The position numbers were made by a program, and so were the translations under genes. Shown in pieces: positions 8,932 through 19,056 of a stretch of 64,000 nt of DNA (positions are counted from its first letter, which is position 1; the number at the start of each line of letters is the position of its first letter). The notes beneath the pieces were generated by a model, which was not told where the DNA came from, did no database searches, and saw only the letters and a list, made by a program, of their open reading frames with translations. Location: positions 1 to 64,000 of the forward strand of contig JAYUUN010000048.1 in the NCBI GenBank assembly GCA_043754535.1, read 5' to 3'. This DNA is from Chloroflexota bacterium. GTDB lineage: Bacteria > Chloroflexota > Chloroflexia > QHBQ01.

Positions 8932-11900
8932 TCACTTCAGCGGGTTGATCTCGATAGCCCGCCGCACGATGCGCGATAGCTCGTCGCGACGGATGTTGCT
9001 GCTGGGGTTGAAGCAGCTAGCCGTGCCACAGGTCTGGCCGTTGACCACCCCGACAGCGGTTAGAGCCTCTACGGCAGCGTAGCCAAAGGCGGTGGAGGGC
9101 AGGTCGGCGTAGGTAGGTGAAGGCGGATTGAATGACGGGTAGCCCTTCGCCCGCTGGATGATCACTGCGCTCTCGTCGCGGCGGATCGGGTTGTTGGGCC
9201 GGAAGGTGCCGCCAGGGTAGCCCGCGATCACCCCAGCACGGACAGCAGCCTCGATGTAGGTGTAGAAGGGCTGGGTGGCTGGCACGTCGCTGAAGGTCGG
9301 ACTAGTGGGGGTGAATGCAGGGAGGCCGAGGCCATTCACGATCATCTTGGCGAACTGGCCGCGAGTGGTGCTGGCTGCTGGCCGGAAGGTATTACCGCCA
9401 TAGCCGTTGATTATACCACGACAGTAGAGGAAGGTGATGTCGCCGTAGAACAGGCTGCCAGTCGGCACGTCGCTGAAGCTGATCGCGCAAGGGGTAGCAG
9501 TCACGGTCAGGGTAGCAGTCGCGGTCAGGGTAGCGGTCGGCGTGCTGGTGAGGAGTGGCGTGCTGGTAACAGTCGGCGTGTCACTGCTAATGGGCGTGCT
9601 GGTAGCAGTGAGGGTGCCAGTACTGGTTGGCGTGCTAGTACTAGTCGGCGTGTCAGTCACCAGTGGAGTCCAGGTGGGGGTGGGGGCAAGCCCAGGGATG
9701 CGTTCGCTGCCCACCAGGATGGTACCATCACCGAAGCCCGCACTGACCACAGCAACCCCGTTGATGTTGCCGCCTGCTGCACCGAGGCGCGGAACGTTCA
9801 GGCGTGGGCCATACCGCCAGGTATTGCTGGTCGGGTTATAAATCTCTACCGATTGACTGCTGGGTAGCAGGGTAAAGCCGTCGCTGCCAGCCCCACCTCC
9901 TACTGCCCACAACTCACTGTTGTAAGCGAAGACCGTTGCCCCCTGTCGTGCCTGCTGCAAGGGAGCAGCCGTGCGCCAGGCATTGGCCGTTGGCGAGTAA
10001 ACCGAGACGCTGTTGATCGCTCCGGAGAAGCTGCTGTTGAAGCCACCCACGACGTAGAGTTCACCGTTCATCACGCCGCCGCTGGCGTAGGCTGTATTGT
10101 AGCCGAGGGCTGGGCCAGTTGACCAGCTACCGGCTGCGATGTCGAAGATGTAATTGGTATTGCTGGTGTAGGGAGTGATGTTGTGGTCGCCACCGACCGC
10201 GTAGAGCTTGCCATTGATGATCTCGCTGGCCGCGCCACCTGTTGCCGCAGGCATTACTACGCCACCCGTCCAACTGTTGGCGGTGGTACTGTAGATAGAA
10301 GTGGTATAAGTTACGTACTGGGGGTTGGTGAGGCCACTAGGGCTGCGCGGGGTAACACCACCAGCCACGTAGATGTTGCCGTTCCAGTAGCCGCTAGCCC
10401 CGGTGCCAGCTGCTCGCGGCATGGGCGCAAGCACAGACCATTGGTTGAGGGTGGGGTCATAACTCTCATGGAAGTTCTGCTGGGTGTCGTAGCAGCTACC
10501 GCCCAGGCCGCCAATGGCGTAGAGCTTACCGTTCGCCACCACGCTGTTGAAGCGGTAGCGGGCGGAGGCCAGCGGTGCGCCAATCTGCCAGTAGCCCTCT
10601 GGAGGGGCAGTTGGCGTAGCGGTGGGGGTGGGAGCAAGGGTGCTACCAGGGTAACTTTCGCTCGTGATGATGAAACCAATCGCGCTAACTGTCTGGCCGC
10701 CAGAGGTGCGGCTCTCCAACACGGTGCCGTGACCGCCAAAGGCAAACCACTTGCCATTGTACTGGGCGGCAGCATAGGTGCGGCGCGGACTGTTGAAGCC
10801 AGCGAAGACGCTCCAGGTGTTGTCCAGCGGATCGTAGATGTAGGCGTTCGTGTCGGCTATGTCCCAGCGACCGCCCGCCACCACGATCTTGCCAGCGTAG
10901 GGTTGGCCGCTGCCAGTATCCCAGGCGAAGGCATGGGCGTAAGAGCGACCGCTTGGCAGGTCGGCCAGGCGCACCCAACCGAGAGCGGGATTGGCTGGGT
11001 CGAACCGCTCAACTACCGCCTCATTGGAGATCGCTGTGCCACTGGGGCTGAGTTGGCCGCCAGCGACGGCGTAGATTTTGCCGTCCAGCACTACGCTAGC
11101 GATGTAGCCACGTGGCACGCTGAGGTTGGCGTTGGTTAGGCGAGTCCAGCGGCTACCAGAGGCAGCTAGCGGGTCGAAAACCCAGGTGTCAGTGTAGGTG
11201 CTGAACGGCTTGATGATTCCGCCGAAGACGTACCACTTGTTGCCTACTACCGCGCTGCCACCCGCGATGCGCCGCCCAACCGGCCAGTTGTCGGCATCTG
11301 GCAGGGAAACTGCACTGGCGGAGCCGGGGTCGTAGGTGAAGACAGTGTTGGTGATCTGTTCGCTATAGCCACTGCCACCTAGCAGGTAGATGTGGCGCAG
11401 GTTATTGCTATCGGTCAGCACTGCGCTCTGCATATCCGAGGTGTTCGTCCCCAGCCGCCCTTCAGGGAAGACGCTGGATATGGAAGTCCAATTGTTGCTG
11501 ACGGTATTGTAGATGCTAGCATCAGGGCGGTAGATGGTGAAGCCCGCCTGCCAGTCAATATCGAAGTCGCGCCCGCCAAAGACATAGATGTTGCCGTCGC
11601 TCCAGGGCTGGGCCACTGCTCGACCGCGCAGTGATGGCATGGGGGCTATGTTGTCCCAGCCAAAGAGGGTAGCGGGGGTAGAGGTGGGGGTAGTGGTCGT
11701 CAGCGGCTGGTTGGACTGGATCGGACGCTGGCCGCGTACTATCTGCTCCGCACCAGCAGAAGGAGGGGTTGGACAAGGGTCGGAGGCAGGGGCGTTCCGC
11801 TGGGTCGCCAGGGTCACAGGGGCGGCGGCAGCAGGGCTGGCAGTCTGGCTGCCTGCCAGACCACCAACCAACATTCCTAGCAGCGCGAGCAAAGTCAGCA

Positions 11901-11934
11901 ACCGGAGCATTCGGGGCTTGAGAAACATGGGCAA
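8932..11934 (-). CDS. Secreted Kelch-repeat (two beta-propeller) protein with C-terminal SLH domains
   Basis: Signal peptide; repeated IYxxGG...YDP...W Kelch motifs; Thr/Pro linker; FSDVP...TRGQFAK SLH motifs. Confidence 0.88.
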   Translation of the reverse strand: MPMFLKPRMLRLLTLLALLGMLVGGLAGSQTASPAAAAPVTLATQRNAPASDPCPTPPSAGAEQIVRGQRPIQSNQPLTTTTPTSTPATLFGWDNIAPMPSLRGRAVAQPWSDGNIYVFGGRDFDIDWQAGFTIYRPDASIYNTVSNNWTSISSVFPEGRLGTNTSDMQSAVLTDSNNLRHIYLLGGSGYSEQITNTVFTYDPGSASAVSLPDADNWPVGRRIAGGSAVVGNKWYVFGGIIKPFSTYTDTWVFDPLAASGSRWTRLTNANLSVPRGYIASVVLDGKIYAVAGGQLSPSGTAISNEAVVERFDPANPALGWVRLADLPSGRSYAHAFAWDTGSGQPYAGKIVVAGGRWDIADTNAYIYDPLDNTWSVFAGFNSPRRTYAAAQYNGKWFAFGGHGTVLESRTSGGQTVSAIGFIITSESYPGSTLAPTPTATPTAPPEGYWQIGAPLASARYRFNSVVANGKLYAIGGLGGSCYDTQQNFHESYDPTLNQWSVLAPMPRAAGTGASGYWNGNIYVAGGVTPRSPSGLTNPQYVTYTTSIYSTTANSWTGGVVMPAATGGAASEIINGKLYAVGGDHNITPYTSNTNYIFDIAAGSWSTGPALGYNTAYASGGVMNGELYVVGGFNSSFSGAINSVSVYSPTANAWRTAAPLQQARQGATVFAYNSELWAVGGGAGSDGFTLLPSSQSVEIYNPTSNTWRYGPRLNVPRLGAAGGNINGVAVVSAGFGDGTILVGSERIPGLAPTPTWTPLVTDTPTSTSTPTSTGTLTATSTPISSDTPTVTSTPLLTSTPTATLTATATLTVTATPCAISFSDVPTGSLFYGDITFLYCRGIINGYGGNTFRPAASTTRGQFAKMIVNGLGLPAFTPTSPTFSDVPATQPFYTYIEAAVRAGVIAGYPGGTFRPNNPIRRDESAVIIQRAKGYPSFNPPSPTYADLPSTAFGYAAVEALTAVGVVNGQTCGTASCFNPSSNIRRDELSRIVRRAIEINPLK

Positions 11935-12005
11935 ACTCCTTCTAACTGGTTAATGGGGGAAGGCAGCAAAGGGGAGGGTATCAACCGCAATGCTGGACAG
12001 GGGAC

Positions 12006-12086
12006 ATGGTAGCATAGCATAAGACATATGTCAAACCTACCTGCTACAATGCCTGCTTGACATCCCCTGACCGGCAGCATTATAAT
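12006..12086. promoter_or_regulatory. Divergent sigma70 promoters
   Basis: Minus: TTGACA-N17-TACCAT (12034..12006); plus: TTGACA-N18-TATAAT (12057..12086). Confidence 0.65.
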
Positions 12087-12145
12087 GAGGGGTAATCTAT
12101 TGGCGTTCCTTGTACCTTGCAGCTAGCTACAGAAGGCGAAATCAT

Positions 12146-12802
12146 ATGTCTGAGCAATTTTTGCCCCTTTTCCCGCTCAACACTGTCCTTTTTCCCCATA
12201 TGTTCCTACGGCTACACATCTTTGAGGAACGCTACAAGCTGCTGGTCAACACTGTCTTGCAAGGCAATGCCTGCTTTGGCATCCTGCTCGTTGCGGAGGC
12301 AGAGGATGGTGAAGTCAGACCCTCGGAGATAGGCACAATAGGGCGCATCACTGAGATGCAGCGGCTTAGTGGCGGACGGATGAACGTGATCATCCAGGGG
12401 GTCAGCCGCTTCCGAGTCAGCGAGTACGACAATACCATGCCCTTCCTGCGTGGCATCGTCGAGCCGCTAACTGATGAGGACAGTAATACTAGCCTACCTC
12501 AACTGGTTGGCAGCGTCGGTGGCCTATTCAGCCAGTACCTCAACACCTTGCTGACGATCACCAGCCAGGAGCCGCGCCAGATTCAGCTACCCGATAGCCC
12601 CGAAATCCTCTCTTTCCTTGTTGCCGACGGCCTGCAAATTGAGTGGACGCAGAAGCAGGATTTGTTGGAACTGCTCTCCGCCCGCGCTCGTCTGGAGCAG
12701 GAGGCTGGCATCCTCAAGCGCGAGGTAGTGATGCTCAAGCACTTCCAGACGGTACCCAAGCAGCTAGTGGACAACGGTGGCATCACCTTCTCGCTCAACT
12801 AG
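12146..12802 (+). CDS. LON peptidase substrate-binding domain protein (stand-alone)
   Basis: LPLFPLNTVLFP..LHIFEERYK; ends FSLN; no ATPase or protease domain. Confidence 0.9.
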   Translation: MSEQFLPLFPLNTVLFPHMFLRLHIFEERYKLLVNTVLQGNACFGILLVAEAEDGEVRPSEIGTIGRITEMQRLSGGRMNVIIQGVSRFRVSEYDNTMPFLRGIVEPLTDEDSNTSLPQLVGSVGGLFSQYLNTLLTITSQEPRQIQLPDSPEILSFLVADGLQIEWTQKQDLLELLSARARLEQEAGILKREVVMLKHFQTVPKQLVDNGGITFSLN

Positions 12803-13217
12803 ACAGCCAGGGCTGGTTAGTACCAGGGTTATAATGCTACGATTCTGGCGACTAGCTTGCTCAGCAAAGAAGTCTGCTCAGTTGAGCAGACCTCTAGGGA
12901 TGTTGCCCCTTTGCGGCTAAACAGCAGGGGTCAGTACGATTGTTTGTTTGCGCTGCTGTCGTAGCTTGACCCCCTGGGCCACAAAGAAGCCCAACAAGCC
13001 CCAGAGTGGCAGCAAGCCAACCAGCCACAAGCCAGGTGGGGATGGCTGGTGGTCCCTGCACCGCCAGGTTGAAGATCGCACCGTTGCTTCCCTACGCTCC
13101 ACTAACGAGCAGCTTTAGTTGCTATGCCGCCCGCTATGGCCCCGCAGCCACAGTGCGAACGAGTGTCGCAGACAAGCACGCGAGCTGTCCGCGACACTCA
13201 CTGGTCAGATTACGCTG

Positions 13218-14783
13218 CTACTGGGCGCGCATCGCCTGATAGAGTACCTTGCTCACTTCTCCCCGGCGGATGTTGTCGTTGGGCCGGAAGCAGATAGTGC
13301 TTCCACAGGCCGCTCCACTGATCACCGCCCGTCCCGCTAGAGCCTCAATCGCCCCGAAGGCGAAGTAGCTGCGCGGCACGTCGCTGAAGCTAGGATTAGC
13401 AGGGGTCGCGGCGGGCCAGCCCTTTGCCCTCTGCACAATCACCGCCACTTGCGCCCGGCTGACGCTGTTGTTGGGGCGGAAGGAACCGTCGGGGTAGCCA
13501 GTGATCACCCCGACATGGGCGGCAGCCTCGATGTAGCGGTAGAAGATACTGCTGGCTGGCACGTCGCCGAAGCTCGGCGCAGTCGGCGTGTAGGCAGCAA
13601 TGCCGAAGCTGAGGACGCTCATCTTGGCGAACTCGGCCCGCGTGGTGTTGGCATTGGGCCGGAAGTAGCCACCGCTACCATTGACGATCCCCTGCTGGGC
13701 AAGATCATGCACATACGTGTACCATAGACTACCGGGCGGCACATCGTAGAACTCGTAGGCCGCTAGCGTGGGTAGAGGGGTAGCAGTGACGGCAGGGGTG
13801 GCTGTCACATCTTGCAGTGCCTGACCAGAGTTGGGCGCGACTTGCAGATTGGCCTCGTCTACCACTTCAAAGGAGGAGCCAGGCAGGTTGCGGAGCAGTT
13901 GCAGGTCGTCATTGTCCCACCGCTCATCAGGTACGCCCGACATGAACCAGCTACTACCGTTATCGGCCACGATCATGCCGTAGCGTTTGAGGGCGGCCAG
14001 GATCACCCTGTTGTTGGCCGAGTAGCCACTGATGTCTACATTGGCCTTGAGGCGGAAGCGCAGGCCCATGGGCGGCACGTTGGCGGCGGGGTCACTGGTG
14101 CGGTGGCGGGCAGGCCAGATGTAACCACCAGTGCTGTTCACGGTGAAGCGGATCGCGTGGTTGATCGCTCCCGCCGCCACCTCGTCGTAGCGCACCAGAC
14201 CAGCCAGGATAGGTAGCCCGGCTGCATCGGCTGAAGTCCAACCGTCAGGGCGCAAGGTGTTGCTGTTGAGGTTCCAGGTTGCCCCACTGCCAGCAGTCCA
14301 GCTACCGTTGCTCTGCACCTGACTGTGGTACAGTTCGTAGAGCAGGCAGCTTGCGGTATTGACCACCAGCACGTGGCGGTCACCGCCGGATGCTGGCCCA
14401 CCCTCAATCGGCGCATTGGTCGGGATCGGGAAAGGGCCAGGGTCGCTTTCGTTACCATACTCGTCGTAGGTAATCGCCACGTTTGGTTGGCTGCCCGTTA
14501 CCAATGTGAAGGGGATGCCGATTGGCCCACCGTTGTAGAGACCAGCACCGAAGTCGGCCTTGAGCCGGGTAGTAGCCCCCACGAAGTTGACGTAGCCGCT
14601 AGAATTGGTCACGGTTGGCAGACCACTAATCTCGCGGTTCCAAATGTTGTCGCCAGGAAAGACAGGACAGCCGCCAATGGTAGCTGGCTGAGGTTGGTTC
14701 TGCACCCCTACCCCTAGCGTACCTAGCAGGACAAGCGCAGCGGCGAAGAAGACGAAGGGACGGATGAGAGATTGTACTTTCAC
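13218..14783 (-). CDS. Secreted SLH-domain protein with a conserved uncharacterised N-terminal domain
   Basis: GCPVFPGDNIWN..GGDRH..SADAAGLPI..YGMIVADNGS domain followed by SLH repeats; GGAGG before GTG at 14783. Confidence 0.8.
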   Translation of the reverse strand: MKVQSLIRPFVFFAAALVLLGTLGVGVQNQPQPATIGGCPVFPGDNIWNREISGLPTVTNSSGYVNFVGATTRLKADFGAGLYNGGPIGIPFTLVTGSQPNVAITYDEYGNESDPGPFPIPTNAPIEGGPASGGDRHVLVVNTASCLLYELYHSQVQSNGSWTAGSGATWNLNSNTLRPDGWTSADAAGLPILAGLVRYDEVAAGAINHAIRFTVNSTGGYIWPARHRTSDPAANVPPMGLRFRLKANVDISGYSANNRVILAALKRYGMIVADNGSSWFMSGVPDERWDNDDLQLLRNLPGSSFEVVDEANLQVAPNSGQALQDVTATPAVTATPLPTLAAYEFYDVPPGSLWYTYVHDLAQQGIVNGSGGYFRPNANTTRAEFAKMSVLSFGIAAYTPTAPSFGDVPASSIFYRYIEAAAHVGVITGYPDGSFRPNNSVSRAQVAVIVQRAKGWPAATPANPSFSDVPRSYFAFGAIEALAGRAVISGAACGSTICFRPNDNIRRGEVSKVLYQAMRAQ

Positions 14784-15016
14784 AGATCGTACCTCCAAAC
14801 AAGATTATGCCCGGTATGGCACCATGATACACCAGTTTGCTACCCACCGTCAATAGGATATTGGTCGTCGCCTTTGCAACTTGACAGCCACTGCTGCTGG
14901 CTGGCAACCAGGTGGAGTTGGAGCCAGCGGCGTAACTGCTCACGGCCACCTATTCGCTGTCACAACTCCACTAACTACGCTGCATAGCTGTAAACAGTGA
15001 TGCTCGAAACTGGCTA

Positions 15017-15045
15017 TTGCCAGCCGGAGGCAAAGATGATAGAAT
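15017..15045 (+). promoter_or_regulatory. Sigma70 promoter of the hydrolase/DUF2378-like genes
   Basis: TTGCCA-N17-TAGAAT with TG extension. Confidence 0.6.
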
Positions 15046-15069
15046 GAGCGGCAAACAAGGAGGGCAAGG

Positions 15070-16041
15070 ATGGGCATTGTCTCAAAGCTAATCAAAGGGG
15101 CGGGCGGGTTGGCCGCTGCTGCAACTGGGGCTGCGCTCGTCTACAACGCCGCTACGACACCACAGGGTATGCGGCCAGCCAGCGATTTTGCGCCCGCCGA
15201 GGAGTTCGTTACCCTCCAGGATGGCTGGCGCAGCCATTACCGTAGCGCACTGCCAGCCGAAGCAGAGGGTAAGCTGCCAATCATCCTGCTGCACGGCTTG
15301 GGTGGCTGGGTCTACAGCTGGCGACACAACCTGGGCGTGCTAGGCCAGCACAACCCCACCTACGCCCTTGACCGCCTCGGCTTCGGCCTCAGCGACAAGC
15401 CTGCGATCACCTACAACCTCGACCTGTACTGCAACCAGGTGATGCTTTTCCTCAACCACTTGGGCTTGCAGCGGGTCATCCTGGTTGGTCACTCTGCTGG
15501 TGCGCCAGTGGCAATCCGAGTAGCTACGCGGTTCCCCACTCAGGTGGCGGGCCTGGTGCTGGCTGCCCCCGCCGGGCTGGAAAGCCCGCCACCAGATCAG
15601 GCGGTCAAGCTCTTTGCCCGCACCCCCTTCGCCACTACCCTGGCTCGACTGTTGCTCAAAAACCGGGTGCTGAGCAAAGGGCTACTCGGCATCTCCTACG
15701 CCAATCCCTCATTCATGAGCGAGGAGGTACTGGTGAACTACGAGTTGCCGCTGCAAACCGAGGGCAACGAGAACACCCTACGCGGCCTGCTCCGCAGCGG
15801 CAACCCCAATGCTGGGATCGTAGAACAGTTGCCGCAGGTGACAGCTCCCACTCTGGTGATCTATGGCACGGCGGATCGAGTGGTCAAGCCTGCTAATGCA
15901 GCTCGCTTCGCCGCCCTGATCCCTCATGCTGAAGCGGATGTGATAGCTGATGCGGGCCACCTGCTCATGGAGGAGCAGGCCGATACCTTTAATCGAGCGG
16001 TGCTGAACTTTGCAGCCCGTTTGCAGAAGGAGGCAAGTTAA
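15070..16041 (+). CDS. Alpha/beta-fold hydrolase
   Basis: LLHG, GFGLSDKP, GHSAG nucleophile elbow, D (GTADRVV) and H (AGHL). Confidence 0.92.
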   Translation: MGIVSKLIKGAGGLAAAATGAALVYNAATTPQGMRPASDFAPAEEFVTLQDGWRSHYRSALPAEAEGKLPIILLHGLGGWVYSWRHNLGVLGQHNPTYALDRLGFGLSDKPAITYNLDLYCNQVMLFLNHLGLQRVILVGHSAGAPVAIRVATRFPTQVAGLVLAAPAGLESPPPDQAVKLFARTPFATTLARLLLKNRVLSKGLLGISYANPSFMSEEVLVNYELPLQTEGNENTLRGLLRSGNPNAGIVEQLPQVTAPTLVIYGTADRVVKPANAARFAALIPHAEADVIADAGHLLMEEQADTFNRAVLNFAARLQKEAS

Positions 16042-16598
16042 TGGCAGAGGATGAGAGACAGGTCGCCTGGTCGGGCATTGAAACGCTGCTCAACGCCGCC
16101 AAAGCGCAACTTAACGATCAGCAGGTCAATAGCTACCTGAACGATGTGGCAGAGAGGAGCGGCCACAACATCCGCGAGGCCCGAATGTGGTACCCCCTGG
16201 CAGTCTACGAGCAGATGCTCACGCTCCTCGGTCAACGCTGCTTCCCTGGCTTCAAGGAGCGCGAACAAGCCTACAACCTCGGTCTGGCCGCCTTCGAGGC
16301 TTATCGCCAGACCACGATTGGCCGCGTCACTACCTCGGCGATCAGCGCGATTGGCCCCTATAAGACATTGGAGCGCATATGCAAACAACTAAGCCAGACC
16401 TTCAGCGGCAGCACTTGCAAGATCAACCAGTCTGTCCCCCACCACTATAGCTTGCTAATCAACGGCCCACACCCCCATCCTGCCTACCTGGAAGGCTACC
16501 TGCGTTCGATCCTCAACGCTAGTGGCGCACAGCAACTGATCATTGCTGCTGGCCCGAACGCGCCAGAGCAGGGCAGCTTCGATATCAGTTGGAGTTAA
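16041..16598 (+). CDS. DUF2378/TIGR02265-like protein
   Basis: YPLAVY..FP..AYNLG..AFEAYRQTTIGR..GP..TLER..YLEGYL..SG pattern resembles the myxobacterial DUF2378 family. Confidence 0.65.
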   Translation: MAEDERQVAWSGIETLLNAAKAQLNDQQVNSYLNDVAERSGHNIREARMWYPLAVYEQMLTLLGQRCFPGFKEREQAYNLGLAAFEAYRQTTIGRVTTSAISAIGPYKTLERICKQLSQTFSGSTCKINQSVPHHYSLLINGPHPHPAYLEGYLRSILNASGAQQLIIAAGPNAPEQGSFDISWS

Positions 16599-16682
16599 CC
16601 ACATCTCCTGCTACAGGGGGTTGCTTTACGCCAGGGTGTCCTTGCCAACGGCAACAACAGGGCGGCCAACGAGGATGAGACT

Positions 16683-17324
16683 ATGCCTAGGAACGCTGAC
16701 GATAGGCCGATGATCAGCAACGAGGTGGTTGAAGACTTGCTGCGCGGGGTGCGGATGGTGTCGAACGACGACCCGCTGACGCTTTGCGCTGGCTGCGGTT
16801 ACCCCAGCGACTACAAGGCGATGTTCCACCCAGCCAGCCTGGTACACTGCATGATTGAGCGGCTGGCGGCCCGTCTCTATCCCGATCATGGCTACGAGGC
16901 TGCTGTCGAGCAGGTTGCTGGGCTGATCATCCGCGGCCACGGCCAGACCTTTGATGCACGCCTGTGGGAGGCTCGTGCTATCCGCTCCACGCAGGATGAG
17001 ATTCTTACTTCTATAGTCGCCTACTTCCGCATCGCGCCGGGGTCGAAGGCCACACTGCACAAGCTCGGCTCCAACCACTACAGCCTGGCGGTGGAGAACT
17101 GGCCGCTGCAAGGGAGTGCAATCACGGGTGCCTTCATCGTGTTCATCGAGCTACTAGGCGGTAGTCAGTTGGTAACTACGCTTGAGCAGACCGCCTTTGA
17201 AAGCTACCTGCTTACCATGCGTTGGCAGAGCGCAGAGGCTACTGATCGGTCTGTTCTCTTAGCCAGCGAGCAAGGGCAGGGAGAGCATAAGCCAAGCGTA
17301 AAGGAATTAACATACACCTGTTAA
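16683..17324 (+). CDS. Divergent DUF2378-like paralogue
   Basis: Aligns by eye with the upstream gene (YP..GYEAAVEQVA..GHGQTFDAR; HYSL; G..LLGG). Confidence 0.5.
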   Translation: MPRNADDRPMISNEVVEDLLRGVRMVSNDDPLTLCAGCGYPSDYKAMFHPASLVHCMIERLAARLYPDHGYEAAVEQVAGLIIRGHGQTFDARLWEARAIRSTQDEILTSIVAYFRIAPGSKATLHKLGSNHYSLAVENWPLQGSAITGAFIVFIELLGGSQLVTTLEQTAFESYLLTMRWQSAEATDRSVLLASEQGQGEHKPSVKELTYTC

Positions 17325-17355
17325 GCACTTTACAGCAGTGCGGAGTGGGCGGTGG

Positions 17356-17631
17356 TATGATACAGGTGTTGAACAAAACCAGTGGCTACGTACCAGCAGG
17401 GACAACGACGAGCCAGCCACCGCAGCAACACCATCGGCTCACCAACTCTGACCGCCAGCCCATCCGGCCCCGCTATTGCCCAGGCTGGCAACCAGAGCCA
17501 AATGCAACCGTCAACAAACGCAGATTGGCTAACTGAATCGGGGGACTCAGCTAACCAGTCTGTACCACAAAACTCCCTTCTCCTCTTCCTGCATCAAGCC
17601 CTGGGGCAACCGCTCTGGGGCTTGTTTGTTT
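17356..17631 (+). ncRNA. Candidate structured sRNA with its own promoter and terminator
   Basis: TGGTATGAT extended -10; long hairpin 17521-17562; CU-rich stretch; hairpin + TTTGTTT terminator; no convincing ORF. Confidence 0.4.
17595..17631 (+). terminator. Rho-independent terminator
   Basis: CAAGCCCTGGGG..CTCTGGGGCTTG followed by TTTGTTT. Confidence 0.7.
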
Positions 17632-17731
17632 GGGCCAAAGCAGAGTGGGCGTAGCGACAACCTTGCGGCTTGTCACTACGTCCACAGGCTGGTTGCTGCC
17701 TAGCAGCTGGCGATTGCGGTTGTTGCCGTCA

Positions 17732-18058
17732 TCACTTCTCCTGATGTGGGGTTAAGGCGGCCTTGCGCTGGTCGTAGAGCGGGTCAATAAAGGGCATCAG
17801 GGCGGAGCGGCGGACGACCATACTGCGCCCGCGCCGGGTCGCCTCGATCTTGCCACAGCGGATCGTCGTCCGCAGCACCCCCTCACTGATTTGCAACAGC
17901 TTGGCCGCCTCCTTCAACGTGTAGGTCTTGTCGGCGGCGGGCAGGGCTTCCTTCTTCGGCCTTGCCACACGCGGTGCAGGACGGTTGGCCTTAGCTTCAT
18001 GCTGAGTCAACGCCTCAAACGAATCTTGCTCACTGCTACTACGCTTGGCGGTTGCCAT
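17732..18058 (-). CDS. Excisionase-like (HTH_17) DNA-binding protein
   Basis: YTLKEAAKLLQISEGVLRTTIRCGKIEATRRGRSMVVRRSAL. Confidence 0.8.
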   Translation of the reverse strand: MATAKRSSSEQDSFEALTQHEAKANRPAPRVARPKKEALPAADKTYTLKEAAKLLQISEGVLRTTIRCGKIEATRRGRSMVVRRSALMPFIDPLYDQRKAALTPHQEK

Positions 18059-18166
18059 TGCTCACGCTCTCCCTATAATGGATAATGGTTAATTGTTGAT
18101 CGACGAGCGGGGCAGCCAGCAGCGGTTGAGACTGCTGGCCTGCACCTAACGTCCGCCGCGCGACCC

Positions 18167-18991
18167 TCAGGCAGCGGCCTGCTGCTTGAGGATGTCAATG
18201 AAGCGGCTGGCCTCGGCCTTGTTCAGGTTGGCTGGGCTGGTGCCGTAGGTTTCGAGACAGAGGGCATCCACCTCGTTCTCACTCATCGCCCGTTGGTTGC
18301 GGGCAATAGCGTAGATCGCCTTCAGTTGCTTCTCGGTCAGCATCCCATTGCTGTTGCCCTGGATCGTGGTGAAGGGACGGTTAGCGGCAGGCTGGCCGTT
18401 GCCGTTGCTGCTGGCAGCGTAGCCGCTGTCGCTGGTCTGCTTCTCGCTGCGTGCGGGGTAGGACTGGCCGAAGTCGGTGATGGTGAAGTTGACTGGGCTA
18501 TCCACCACCTGGGCGCGACCCGGCTCGGCCACCGCCGCGAAGTCATAGTCCTGGCAGAACTGAGTGCCGTAGCCGAGGGCAGCAAGGGCGCGCCCCAGTG
18601 CCTTCGTCTCCGCCGCCTCAATGTAGTCGTTGAAGTCGCGGGCAGTCTCGCTGCCCCAGCCGGTCGCGCTGCCGCCACCAGGGATGATCACCTTAGCGCG
18701 AAAGAGAGCGAAGCCGTCCTCGTGCTTGGCGAGTGCGGTGACGATACGTGCCTCTGGGTGTTCAGTACGCAACCATAGTAGCCGCCACTTCACCTCAAGG
18801 TAGTCACGCCCCTCGATCTTCATCAGGTAGCGGCTTGGCTCGAAAGCAGGCACCACCATCGCGACTGGGCTGGGCTGGGTCACCTGCGACTCGCTCTGCT
18901 CGGCAGTGGGCAGCGTTTCGCCAACCTTGCGGCGTGGCTTGCGGGCTGTCTCGTTCTGCTCACCAATGTTTTCGTTGATCTGCTCGTTCAT
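18167..18991 (-). CDS. Rad52/Sak-like single-strand annealing protein (putative)
   Basis: YLEVKWRLLWLR..ATGWGSE..YIEAAETKALGRALAALGYGTQF core; C-terminal LTEKQLKAI..LNKAEASRFID helical domain. Confidence 0.6.
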   Translation of the reverse strand: MNEQINENIGEQNETARKPRRKVGETLPTAEQSESQVTQPSPVAMVVPAFEPSRYLMKIEGRDYLEVKWRLLWLRTEHPEARIVTALAKHEDGFALFRAKVIIPGGGSATGWGSETARDFNDYIEAAETKALGRALAALGYGTQFCQDYDFAAVAEPGRAQVVDSPVNFTITDFGQSYPARSEKQTSDSGYAASSNGNGQPAANRPFTTIQGNSNGMLTEKQLKAIYAIARNQRAMSENEVDALCLETYGTSPANLNKAEASRFIDILKQQAAA

Positions 18992-19056
18992 CTTGTTTGT
19001 CCTTCTTGCTAACTGGTTTGCTCTACGCCGGTGTAGCCGTCATACGGCACGTACCT

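Noticed and set aside
13040..13095. GGAAGC...CTTCAA on the minus strand suggested tRNA-Sec
   Set aside because: Spacing is too short for acceptor and D arms; no T-arm or CCA end
17732..18991. Prophage or integrative element
   Set aside because: No integrase, att-like repeats or structural genes nearby
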